In this document: piece by piece, positions 30,913 to 43,445 of the stretch | Position numbering within the stretch: the first letter of the stretch is position 1 | Layout of the letters: each line of letters begins with the position of its first letter | Assembly: GCA_034520565.1 (NCBI GenBank) | Contig: JAXHNL010000002.1 | Coordinates: 960,001 to 1,024,000 of the forward strand | From: Halodesulfurarchaeum sp. | GTDB lineage: Archaea; Halobacteriota; Halobacteria; Halobacteriales; Halobacteriaceae | Direction of reading: 5' to 3' | DNA length: 64,000 bases | Notes under the pieces: generated by a model | The model's input: the letters and a program-made list of their open reading frames with translations, nothing else | The model's database searches: none | What the model was told of the DNA's origin: nothing | Made by a program: the position numbers and the translations under genes

Positions 30913-32133
30913 TCAACAACTTTCCACTCCCCATCGCTCGACGGTCACGATGTCCCCAGCCGCGACGACGCCCCTCGATTCCTCGACCTGCACCCAGCCG
31001 TCGATTCCCGGAAGCGACGGGAGCCCACCCCGAGGTGCCTCTCGGGCAGTCGTGTGGCTGTTGTTCGCCCCCGACCCGTCGATCGTCACACCATGGACCG
31101 TTCGCCGGCCGCGTTCGCTTTCGAGGTCGGCCGAGAGGGTGGCTTGCACCGTCGGCACATCGATGGCTGCCGCTCCGATCAGCCCCCCGAGTGCGGGTCT
31201 GACGAGCACCCACGCCACCACGAGCGCGGCGATGGGCGTTCCTGGAAGCATCGCGATCGGCGTCCCGGACACGACGCCCACGCTCGCGCTATGGCCGGGG
31301 CGCAGCGCCAGTCCCCGGACCACTACCTCGCCCATCTCGTTGACGACGGCGGGAAGCAGATCTCGTGCACCGACCGACGAGCCGCCGGTCGTGACGATGA
31401 GATTCGCGTCCAGGTCGCGTTCGATCGCGTTCCGGAGTGCCGCCTCGTCGTCGGTCACGACCTCCCGGTACCGGGCCGTTCCACACCACTGCCTGATAAG
31501 GGTCGAGCCGACGAGCCCGTTCGTCTCCACGACCTCGCCCGGACCGGGATCTGTTTGGACGAGTTCCTCCCCGGTGGGAACGACAGCCACCGTGGGCGAT
31601 TCGATCACCGGGACCGACCGGATGCCGGCGACTTTGAGGGTCCCGAGGTCGCCCGCCCGGAGTCGATGGCCGGGTTCGAAGAGCGTCGCTCCGCCCTCGA
31701 GGTCCGCACCGATCGCCGTGACGTACTGTCCCACCGCGGCCGGTTCGGTGATCTCGATTCCGTCCTCGGTCTCCGTCACCGATTCCACCATGACGACGGC
31801 GTCGGCTATCTCGGGGACGGCCGACCCCGTGTGAACCCAGGTTGCCTCCCCCGGACCAACGGGTTCTGCTTTCGTCTCGAGTTCGACCGGCGTCTCGGGG
31901 CTGGCGTCGGTTGTGTCTGTAGCCCGGATCGCATAGCCGTCCCGCTCTGACCGGCGATAGTGCGGCTGGGGTCGCTCGGCCCGGACCGCGTCCGCCAGGA
32001 CGCGACCGGCAGCCGTCCGGATCGGAACTCGTTCGGTCCGGTCGATCCGGGCACCGCTCGTCACGAGTGCCGCGACCGCTTCGTCGATGGGCGTCGATCC
32101 CCCGTCCGACACGGGGCCCGTGAATCCGTTCAT
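30913..32133 (-). CDS. moeA: Molybdopterin molybdenumtransferase MoeA-family protein
   Basis: GRVLA, RSERDGYA, HTGSAVP..ADAVVMVE, PTGEEL, TTGGSSVG.RD, LPGTP. Confidence 0.88.
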   Translation of the reverse strand: MNGFTGPVSDGGSTPIDEAVAALVTSGARIDRTERVPIRTAAGRVLADAVRAERPQPHYRRSERDGYAIRATDTTDASPETPVELETKAEPVGPGEATWVHTGSAVPEIADAVVMVESVTETEDGIEITEPAAVGQYVTAIGADLEGGATLFEPGHRLRAGDLGTLKVAGIRSVPVIESPTVAVVPTGEELVQTDPGPGEVVETNGLVGSTLIRQWCGTARYREVVTDDEAALRNAIERDLDANLIVTTGGSSVGARDLLPAVVNEMGEVVVRGLALRPGHSASVGVVSGTPIAMLPGTPIAALVVAWVLVRPALGGLIGAAAIDVPTVQATLSADLESERGRRTVHGVTIDGSGANNSHTTAREAPRGGLPSLPGIDGWVQVEESRGVVAAGDIVTVERWGVESC

Positions 32134-32213
32134 GAACTGAGTTGGAGGGCGATCGCCAAAACAGGCGGGGGGAGAGCCACATGGCTTTCACGGTGGGGCC
32201 CGTCTGTCGGGGT

Positions 32214-33203
32214 ATGACCGAGGTTCTGTACCTGTCGAGCGGGGACGTTTCCGGGATCGCCGAGCCGGCAGCATTTGTCGAGACGGTTCGCGACGCCTAC
32301 CGCCAGCGCGGCGAGGGCGCGCCGGCGGAGCCACGAACCGTCCTCAAGCGTGAGGATCCGGCGGGGATGTTGACCGCCTACGCCGCCAGTCTCCCGGAGA
32401 CCGGGGCGATGGGCGGGTACATGTACAGTGCCGGGTTCGGGGCGGGGGACGCCTGGTTCGTCACGCCACTTTTCGATGCGGACTCGGGGCAACTCCTCGC
32501 GGTCCTCGATGGAGCGAGCATGAACCCGTTCAAAACCGGCGCCGCGGGAGCGGTGGGTGTCGACGCGCTCGCCCGGGATGACGCAAGCGTTCTCGCCGTC
32601 ATCGGCAGTGGGACCCAGGCCCGGGGCCAACTCCGGGCGACGGCGACAGTCCGGGACCTCGACGAAGTCCGGGTGTTCTCGCCAACCCCGGAAAACCGCG
32701 AGGCCTTCGCCGAGGAGATGGCCGCCGAACTCGACCTGCGGGTCGACCCGGTCCGGAGTGCCGAGACCGCGATCGAGGGGGCCGATATCGTCATCACGGC
32801 CACGAACGCCGGGGAACCGGTCTTCGACGGCTCGCTGCTCGAACCGGGGACCCACGTCACCGCCATGGGCCAGTACGACCCCGACCGATTCGAACTCGAC
32901 CCGACCACGATCGAGCGTGCCGTATACGTCCCGGACCTGACTGCCCGGCTCACCCAGGATGCTGGGGCCTACATGAACGCCGTCGAGACGGGCGCGATCG
33001 ACGCCGATCACGTCCACGCCGAACTCGGCGACGTGGTCGCCGGCCGAGCGCCGGGTCGAACTGATCCGGACCAGATCACGGTCTTCGACAGCGGTGGGAC
33101 CGGTATCGAGACCGTGGCAGTGGGATACCTCCTCTACGAGCGGGCCCAGGAGGCCGATTTGGGAACCACCATCGAGTTCTCCCCGGCGAGCGAGGCGTTC
33201 TGA
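32214..33203 (+). CDS. Ornithine cyclodeaminase/mu-crystallin-family protein
   Basis: KTGAAGAV, IGSGTQA, ADIVITAT, FDSGGTGIE. Confidence 0.88.
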   Translation: MTEVLYLSSGDVSGIAEPAAFVETVRDAYRQRGEGAPAEPRTVLKREDPAGMLTAYAASLPETGAMGGYMYSAGFGAGDAWFVTPLFDADSGQLLAVLDGASMNPFKTGAAGAVGVDALARDDASVLAVIGSGTQARGQLRATATVRDLDEVRVFSPTPENREAFAEEMAAELDLRVDPVRSAETAIEGADIVITATNAGEPVFDGSLLEPGTHVTAMGQYDPDRFELDPTTIERAVYVPDLTARLTQDAGAYMNAVETGAIDADHVHAELGDVVAGRAPGRTDPDQITVFDSGGTGIETVAVGYLLYERAQEADLGTTIEFSPASEAF

Positions 33204-33280
33204 AACTCGGGATCCCATCGGAGTGCTTCGAACCCGAACCGATCCCGGGAGCACTTAGTTCCCGAACCCGAGTTCGGCGT

Positions 33281-34342
33281 ATGGACGTCCCACCGTTCGA
33301 ACTCGAACGCTGGTTCGCGGAATACGAGTTCGATGCCGACATCATGCTCGCGGAATCGGGGATCAGGAGCCTGCCGGCGGACCGATTCGACCTCGATCCA
33401 GGGAAACTCGGCTACGTCATTCCGACGAACGGGGACCCCGATCTCCGGGCCGAAATTGGACGACGCTACGGTCGAACCCGGGCGGAGGTGCTGCTCACGG
33501 TCGGGACACAGGAGGCGAATTACACGCTCTACCGCTCGCTCCTCGATCGAGGCGATCACGCGGTCGTGATCACGCCGACCTACCAGGCGCTTCGGACGGT
33601 CCCAGAAACCGTCGCTTCGGTCTCGACCGTCGACCTCGAACCACCCGAGTGGGCCCTCGACCTGGACGCCGTGGCCGACGCGATCCGGCCCGAAACCCGG
33701 CTCATCGTCGTCAACAACCCGAACAATCCGACCGGCCGGTATCACGACCCGGCGACGATCGAGGCCCTCTACGACCTCGCTGCTGACAACGACGCCTATT
33801 TGCACGCCGACGAGGTGTACCGCCTCCTCTCGCCCGATCCGAATCCGCCAGTCGCCTCGCTGGGCGAGCGGGGAATCAGTACGGCGGGGCTCACGAAGGC
33901 CTACGGACTCGCCGGCCTCCGATTCGGCTGGCTCGTCGGTGCCGAAGACGTGGTCGAGAACGCCTGGCAGTGGAAGGACTACACCACCATCTCGCCGACC
34001 AAGATCGGCCAGCACGTTGCAAAACAGGCCCTCGGCGAACAGGAGGCCGACATTCTGGCGGAGAACCGCACCCTCGCCGCACGGAACCGCGATATCGTCC
34101 GGCAGTTCCTTGCCGACCACGACCTCGACTGGGACGATCCGGTCGGCGTCAACGGGTTCGTCGAGGTCCCACCGGGATTCGGCGGGTCGAAGGCGTTCTG
34201 CCGTGAGTTCGTCGAGCAGGAGTCGGTGGTGCTGGCGCCGGGCGCGACCTTCGGGTTCGACGACTACTTCCGGATCGGCTTCGGGTTGCCGACCGCCGAG
34301 CTGGAAGAAGGATTGGATCGCCTGGGCTCGTTCATGGGATAG
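33281..34342 (+). CDS. PLP-dependent aminotransferase class I/II
   Basis: NNPNNPTG, DEVY, LTKAYGLAGLRFGW. Confidence 0.9.
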   Translation: MDVPPFELERWFAEYEFDADIMLAESGIRSLPADRFDLDPGKLGYVIPTNGDPDLRAEIGRRYGRTRAEVLLTVGTQEANYTLYRSLLDRGDHAVVITPTYQALRTVPETVASVSTVDLEPPEWALDLDAVADAIRPETRLIVVNNPNNPTGRYHDPATIEALYDLAADNDAYLHADEVYRLLSPDPNPPVASLGERGISTAGLTKAYGLAGLRFGWLVGAEDVVENAWQWKDYTTISPTKIGQHVAKQALGEQEADILAENRTLAARNRDIVRQFLADHDLDWDDPVGVNGFVEVPPGFGGSKAFCREFVEQESVVLAPGATFGFDDYFRIGFGLPTAELEEGLDRLGSFMG

Positions 34343-34384
34343 GGGCTCTGGATTCGGGACGGTTCACGTGGTTTCGGTTCGCAC

Positions 34385-34759
34385 TCACCCATTCTCCCAC
34401 TCGCCGCCGACCCGGTCGACGCCCATCATCGACTCCCCCGGGTGTTCGGTGAAAACGACCTTCATGTTCTCCTCGGGAATATCGAACGCGGCTCCGGCGT
34501 GTTCCATGACTGCGAGGGCAAACCCTCGCTTGCGTTCGAACGATCGACCGCGTCGAATGTCGGCGTCCAGAAAGAGGAGCGGCCCCTCGACGGCTCGACC
34601 CAAGAACATCTCCGCAGCAGCCCGTTCCCGGATCGTCACGGCGACGTGGCCCGCCGTCGTCGCCATCTCCGTCGTGTACAGCTCCGTTGCAGTCTCGGCG
34701 AATGCGGACTTCTCCACAGCGGTCATCTCGACCGTGGTGTCGAACTGGAGCAATGGCAT
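34385..34759 (-). CDS. Tautomerase (4-OT/MIF superfamily)
   Basis: Pro-1 start MPLLQF; IRRGRSFERK. Confidence 0.75.
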   Translation of the reverse strand: MPLLQFDTTVEMTAVEKSAFAETATELYTTEMATTAGHVAVTIRERAAAEMFLGRAVEGPLLFLDADIRRGRSFERKRGFALAVMEHAGAAFDIPEENMKVVFTEHPGESMMGVDRVGGEWENG

Positions 34760-34852
34760 GGAAGGTGCTATCATGGCACATGCTTAGGTGTTCCGTCGCG
34801 TTGTTGGGCGGTTCCCCGTGGACTTTTCCGGCCTGCCAGCGATTCGGTTCGC

Positions 34853-35323
34853 ATGTCTCGCGGCCGGAATTACGCGGGATCCGCGGTCCTTCTCGGCTCC
34901 CTCGCGCTGATCCACGCCGCCATCTCGTGGCCGGTTCCCGCGACGGTCGCGGTCTTCGGCGGTGGCGCAGTCATCGTCTTCGTTGCTGAAGCGCTCGTGA
35001 GTAAACTGGGCTTGCTCGAACACCACATCGGCCCGAAAGTCGTCGACGTTCCGCTGTACGTCCTTTTTGGCTGGACCGGCACGATCTACGTCGCGCTTCG
35101 GCTCGCCCTGCTGCTCTCTGATGGCTGGTTCGTTGTCGTCCTGACCGGCGTTCTGGCCACGAGCCTCGACGTGCTTTCTGACCCGCGTGGAGTCGGGGAG
35201 GGCTTCTGGACCTACACCGATGACCTCCCGGGTCCCAGGTATCGGGGCGTTCCGTGGTGGAACTTCCTCGGCTGGTTCCTCATCAGCACGCTCACGGCTG
35301 CACTCGGGTTTTGGTTCCTGTAG
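34853..35323 (+). CDS. CruF/DUF422-like membrane protein
   Basis: VPLYVLFGW, DVLSDP, GVPWWNFLGW. Confidence 0.72.
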   Translation: MSRGRNYAGSAVLLGSLALIHAAISWPVPATVAVFGGGAVIVFVAEALVSKLGLLEHHIGPKVVDVPLYVLFGWTGTIYVALRLALLLSDGWFVVVLTGVLATSLDVLSDPRGVGEGFWTYTDDLPGPRYRGVPWWNFLGWFLISTLTAALGFWFL

Positions 35324-35390
35324 CGGCGGTGCTGATTTTCGAACGACACTCGAGAAATCGAGGGGGCCACCGGTCGCGGGTTCCCAGCCC

Positions 35391-38905
<3,515 letters not shown>

Positions 38906-38926
38906 CAGGCCCGCGAGCATCCGGCC

Positions 38927-39694
38927 ATGCAAACTGCAGCACTGTTCGACCGGCTGGACGAGGAGCTGTCGATCGCGGACTACGCCGAGATCGACGCGAG
39001 CGCGAACGGCCTCCAGCTCGGTACCCGGTCAGGTGACGCCGACCGCGTCGCCTTCGCGGTCGACGGCGTTCTCGCCACCATCGAGGCAGCGGCCGAGTGG
39101 AACGCGGACGTGCTGGTCGTCCACCACGGCCTCTCGTGGGGCGGTATCGAGCGGATCACCGGTCGGACCTACGAGCGGATCGCCGCCCTGATCGAGAACG
39201 ACAGCAGTCTCTACGCGGCCCACCTCCCCCTCGACGCGCACCAGTCCTTCGGCAACGCTGCCGGCCTGGCCGACCTGCTGGACATGGGCAACCGGGCGCC
39301 GTTCGGGAAGCTCGGTCCGGTAACCGTCGGACAGCAGGGCTGGCTCCAGCAACCGATGACGCGGGCGGAACTGCAATCGACGCTCGAGGCGGAACTCGAT
39401 CACGGCGGAGCCGGCGTCGAGGTACTCGGTTTCGGTCCCGAGGAGATCGAAACGGCCGCCATCGTCACGGGGAGTGGCACCGATTGGCTCGACGAGGCGG
39501 CGGCCGCAGACGTCGACGCGTTCATCACCGGCGAAGGGGAGGGAAAACTCTATCACATGGCCAGGGAATCCGGGATGAACGTGTTCCTCGGGGGCCACTA
39601 CGCCACCGAGACCTTCGGCGTCGAGTCGTTGGCCGACCTCGTCGCGGACTGGGGCCCGGAGACGACGGTGATCAGCGAACCGACCGGGCTGTGA
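38927..39694 (+). CDS. Nif3-like dinuclear metal-centre protein
   Basis: NGLQ, VHHG, HLPLDAH, GHYATE. Confidence 0.9.
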   Translation: MQTAALFDRLDEELSIADYAEIDASANGLQLGTRSGDADRVAFAVDGVLATIEAAAEWNADVLVVHHGLSWGGIERITGRTYERIAALIENDSSLYAAHLPLDAHQSFGNAAGLADLLDMGNRAPFGKLGPVTVGQQGWLQQPMTRAELQSTLEAELDHGGAGVEVLGFGPEEIETAAIVTGSGTDWLDEAAAADVDAFITGEGEGKLYHMARESGMNVFLGGHYATETFGVESLADLVADWGPETTVISEPTGL

Positions 39695-39801
39695 GGCCTC
39701 GTCGGAACGGCGTCTGGACCCGTTTCGCCGGGGAGTCGACGCAAACCCCCCAAACAGCCGCTTTCCGAACGCCTATGTGACCGTCTAACGTGCTCGGATC
39801 C

Positions 39802-39930
39802 GTGTCAGTGACTCCCGAAACTGGCCCGACCTGTCCGGCCTGCGACCGGGTGCTGTACAGCCGTCACTGCAAGTACGTCTGTCCGAACCACGGCGTCGTT
39901 TTCGACTGTTCGGACCCGTTCTGGACTTAA
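39802..39930 (+). CDS. Small zinc-finger protein (HVO_2523-like; not in ORF track)
   Basis: GTG...CPACDRVLYSRHCKYVCPNHGVVFDCSDPFWT*. Confidence 0.75.
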   Translation: MSVTPETGPTCPACDRVLYSRHCKYVCPNHGVVFDCSDPFWT

Positions 39931-40901
39931 AGGTCCTCGAGCACGCCAGCGACGATCAGCGGCAGGACGAGCGTCGCTTCGGCCTCGACGAGCGTGTGGT
40001 TCTTCTCGCCGTCCTTGATCTTGCCCCACGAGACGGCCTCCTTCGGCGGCGCGCCGGAGAGCGAACCGTCCCCCTCCATGCCAGTCGAGACGTAGACCGC
40101 GTAATCCGCACCGCCGCGGAAGAGGTTCGTCATGATCGCCTGGTGTTTCGGGACGCCACCGCCGAGGACGATCAGCCCGGTTTCCTCGGCCAGCAGCCCC
40201 TCGTCGATCAGGGCATCGTAGTCCTCGAGGATCTCGATTCCGACCGCTGGGTCCTCGTTCTGCCGATAGTAGTAGAGGAAGTTCCCGACCTCGGCGTCGG
40301 TGAGTGCCGGGCAATAGACGGGGACGTCGTTCTCGGCGGCCTGGACGAGCACCGAATCCTCGTCGTCCAGCCGCTCGCCGATCTCGCGGGAGAAGGCAGT
40401 CGGGGTTCGAATCTTCTGCTCGGCGAAGAAGTCGGGGAAGAAGTCGTTGAGATACGATTCGAGCCAGACGTAGCGATCCGAGGGGACGAAGATGTTTCCC
40501 AGGCGGTTGATCCCCTGCTCGCGCATCTCGCCCTCGTCGACGTCCCACTCGCCCATCTTGAACGGCTTTTCGGACTTGATGATGTCCTCGGTGATCGACC
40601 CGGAGGTCGTGATCAGCACGTCCACGAGCCCCTCCCGGACCATCGCGGCGACGACCTCTCGCAGCCCGGAGGAGACGATGTTCGAGGTGAGCGTGAGATA
40701 GATGGTCGCGTCCGCGTCCCGCATCTGTTCGATCAGGTCGATGGCGTCGCTGACGGCGCTAGCCTGGAAGCCGGTCGTCGCGTAACTGTCGAGCAGATCG
40801 CCCACGTCGAACTCGCCCCGGAAGTCATAGCCCCGGACGTCGGGGCCGGAGAGATCCGCCTCCGAACCCGGCACGACGTTTTCCTTGGTGTCCTCGGTCA
40901 T
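39927..40901 (-). CDS. dhs: Deoxyhypusine synthase
   Basis: TTGFQA, TSNIVSSGLRE, INRLGN, GGGVPKH, DGSLSGAPPKEAVSWGK. Confidence 0.95.
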   Translation of the reverse strand: MTEDTKENVVPGSEADLSGPDVRGYDFRGEFDVGDLLDSYATTGFQASAVSDAIDLIEQMRDADATIYLTLTSNIVSSGLREVVAAMVREGLVDVLITTSGSITEDIIKSEKPFKMGEWDVDEGEMREQGINRLGNIFVPSDRYVWLESYLNDFFPDFFAEQKIRTPTAFSREIGERLDDEDSVLVQAAENDVPVYCPALTDAEVGNFLYYYRQNEDPAVGIEILEDYDALIDEGLLAEETGLIVLGGGVPKHQAIMTNLFRGGADYAVYVSTGMEGDGSLSGAPPKEAVSWGKIKDGEKNHTLVEAEATLVLPLIVAGVLEDL

Positions 40902-41050
40902 AGTGCAAGAGGCGGGACGCGGCGTAAAGAGTCCATCACTTTCGATCCGAGGTTGGATAAACTGGCAAAGTGGAGAGTGCCTGAACCGAGAATTGGGGGC
41001 TGGGCCGGAGATTGGACCGGAGTTTGTTTTTCCCTCCGGGCCGAAGCCGA

Positions 41051-41130
41051 AGGTGGCCGATGACGATCCACCGGGCCGAGCCGGCGTAGGCACCCGGCGA
41101 TGACGAACCCTATGAGTGCCGAGGCCTCCT
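41051..41130 (+). ncRNA. Box C/D guide sRNA, sR-tMet-like (Cm34 of elongator pre-tRNA-Met)
   Basis: Terminal stem; C box GATGACGA (41059), D' CCGA (41076), internal hairpin, C' GATGACGA (41099), guide ACCCTATGAGTG, D CCGA (41119). Guide is complementary to CACTCATAGGGT; the +5 rule gives the C of CAU. Confidence 0.8.
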
Positions 41131-41292
41131 AACTGACGTTAGACTAAACGTGCTCTTTGCACAATAGACTAACGCAGTTATAAACCAAAATTACAAACTC
41201 AAATAGTGGCTTCTGACGATAATTACAGGTTATAATATACGCGGTTTCTACAGCTGTTCCAAGACTTCTCTGGTGACGGATGACTCGCCCAT

Positions 41293-41645
41293 TCACTCTG
41301 CTTTTCTTCCTGCACGCAGCAACAGGTCTAACGCCTGTCTACAATCACCGGACTTCTCTGCCACCCGCTCCGAAACCCATTCAACTACATCTTCCGAGAC
41401 CGCACCCGGACGGAACCCCTGCCTCACACGGTCCTCCAAAGTCTGTTGGAGCTGCGGAGCATTGTACGAATTGAACTGGAGTGTTTGACAGTTCAACCGG
41501 CTTCGACTGCGTGGATCTAGCTCCATGTTCTGCGGTGGCTGATTTGAAACCATTACCAATTCCAGTGAGTTCTGACTCTCCTCATTCCAACTTTAGGTCA
41601 TAGATGACCTCGGTCGGTTCATCCAACTGGTCGAACTCGTAGACC
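41293..41645 (-). pseudogene. Orc1/Cdc6 fragment, frameshifted and truncated
   Basis: YEFDQLDEPTEVIYDL (decayed Walker B), frameshift, then VMVSN...LDPRSRSRL...GDCRQALDLLLRAG. Confidence 0.72.
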
Positions 41646-41649
41646 AAAC

Positions 41650-42027
41650 ACAAGACGAAATCATCCGAGAACAACTGGTCCGCATCAAAGAAGACATGAC
41701 CAGCTACGAAATGGGCCACTACACCGCCGACTAAACGACTTCGTAATGAACCCCACAATCCGCAGAGTCATCGGACCAGGACAATCAGGCATCGACTTCC
41801 GAAAAGCCGCAAACAACTGCAAAATCGTTCTCATCGACATACAGAAAGGAGAAGTCGGAGAAACCGTTTCCCGCCTTGTAGGATCCATATCCATCACCAA
41901 GATCTGGGCAGCAGCACAAAGCCGAGTAACCCAACCCATCGAAAACCGGACACCGTTCTACCTGTACGTCGACGAACTCCAGAATTCGCTGGAGGCCTTC
42001 AGAAAGCAGGTTAAAGATAATCTATGA
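41650..42027 (+). pseudogene. Fragment of VirD4/VirB4-like conjugative transfer ATPase
   Basis: KIVLIDIQKGEVGE...KIWAAAQSR...RTPFYLYVDELQN (Walker B region only), truncated at both ends. Confidence 0.68.
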
Positions 42028-43419
42028 GTCTTCGCTTTGTGAAGCGAAATCAGTGATATCGGCGTCGAAGTCTACCGACTCCTTTACCTCTTCTGCGAAG
42101 TCTTCCGTGATTTCCTTCGTGACTCTATCCAGAAGATTATTGAAGAAGATGATTTTCTTGCTCGCTTCTACCTCTGAATGGTAATTTGCTACATTTCCGT
42201 GGAGAATCGGGTTGCGCTCCACGAATAGTTCGTCAACGAAATACTCCGTCATATCCTCATTTAGGTAGTTTTGAACAACGGTTTCCGAAATAAGATCTTT
42301 CACATTGGGAGACTTTATCTCATTTCCTGACGTATTTTTAAGAGACAGATCATCGTAGTCTCGTGGATTGAAGTTCCAGAAGTGGTCGAAATCGGCGTTC
42401 AATAAAATCTCTTCATTTTTGTGCTCCTGAAGATAAGCGGCATATATCCAGACGAACGATTCAATTTGTGGGAGGATTAGATTGATCACTGAGGCATATC
42501 GTTCATCCCTGTAATTGCTGATGACCTCCTTGATTATTCCCTCGCGCTTTTGGAAAAAGGGCACCTTCTGAGTTTCAGAAAAAAGGTTGTCGAGATACCC
42601 CTCACTCTGGACCTCATTAATTAGGTATTCCTCTGGGACTTCCCCCGTGTCTTGCCACTCCCGGTAAAGTAGCCTGTCTTGATGAATCGGAAGATGTGTT
42701 AGCCATTTCAGAGGGAATTCATCGTACTCTTTCTCAGAACTGTATACTGTGGTGTATAGCTCCGGGTTCCAGATTTGAACTGCGTAGTGTTTCTCTTTCG
42801 CTCGTTCATCACCAGAAATCGCCCCGGTTCCCTCCTCAACATCCGACTGTGAGTAGGGGAATGACTTCACCCTCTTTCTGTCTTTTCCTAGCAGATTGAT
42901 TTCAGTCCAGAGATCTTCGTTTGCAGGATCTTCTTTGAAGGGTTGCTTTATTCTCTCCAATATTTCGTCCTTGTTGTCACGATCAGACGCCTGGATGTCC
43001 TGCATCTCCTGATATTTCTCTCCATAGATCTCTCGTTTCCTATCTTCAATCAATTCATCTATCTTTTCTAGAACTGGCTCTGCATTCTCTTCATAGATTG
43101 ACTTCAACTCTTCAGAGACCTCTCCATTGTCGAAATCAGAAACAACCATATCGCAGATCTCAGAACATCTATCCTTGTTTTCTAAATAATAATCAATCTC
43201 CTTATCGGAAACAAGGCTAATCAGCATGATCGTCTGAACCAGATCAACTGCAATCTCTGGATGTTCTTGAAGAAGGCTTTCTTCGACCCATTGATTCTTT
43301 TTCGCCTGGGCTAATACATCCCTTATGAGAGTATCCTGGGAAGCCTGTTCGGCAAAAAATTCTCTCAACGCTTCTTCATCAATATCTTCTTTGTCCAAGT
43401 CATCAGGCAAGTCAGCCAT
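42022..43419 (-). CDS. Hypothetical protein with C-terminal HEPN-like Rx4H motif
   Basis: Intact 465-aa acidic ORF with SD GAGGGG; YASVINLILPQIES and RNPILHG. Confidence 0.65.
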   Translation of the reverse strand: MADLPDDLDKEDIDEEALREFFAEQASQDTLIRDVLAQAKKNQWVEESLLQEHPEIAVDLVQTIMLISLVSDKEIDYYLENKDRCSEICDMVVSDFDNGEVSEELKSIYEENAEPVLEKIDELIEDRKREIYGEKYQEMQDIQASDRDNKDEILERIKQPFKEDPANEDLWTEINLLGKDRKRVKSFPYSQSDVEEGTGAISGDERAKEKHYAVQIWNPELYTTVYSSEKEYDEFPLKWLTHLPIHQDRLLYREWQDTGEVPEEYLINEVQSEGYLDNLFSETQKVPFFQKREGIIKEVISNYRDERYASVINLILPQIESFVWIYAAYLQEHKNEEILLNADFDHFWNFNPRDYDDLSLKNTSGNEIKSPNVKDLISETVVQNYLNEDMTEYFVDELFVERNPILHGNVANYHSEVEASKKIIFFNNLLDRVTKEITEDFAEEVKESVDFDADITDFASQSEDS

Positions 43420-43445
43420 ATAATCCCCTCATCAAGAAACCGTGA

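Noticed and set aside
40960-41130. Possible tRNA as island attachment site
   Set aside because: No cloverleaf or T-loop; the structure is explained by C/D boxes
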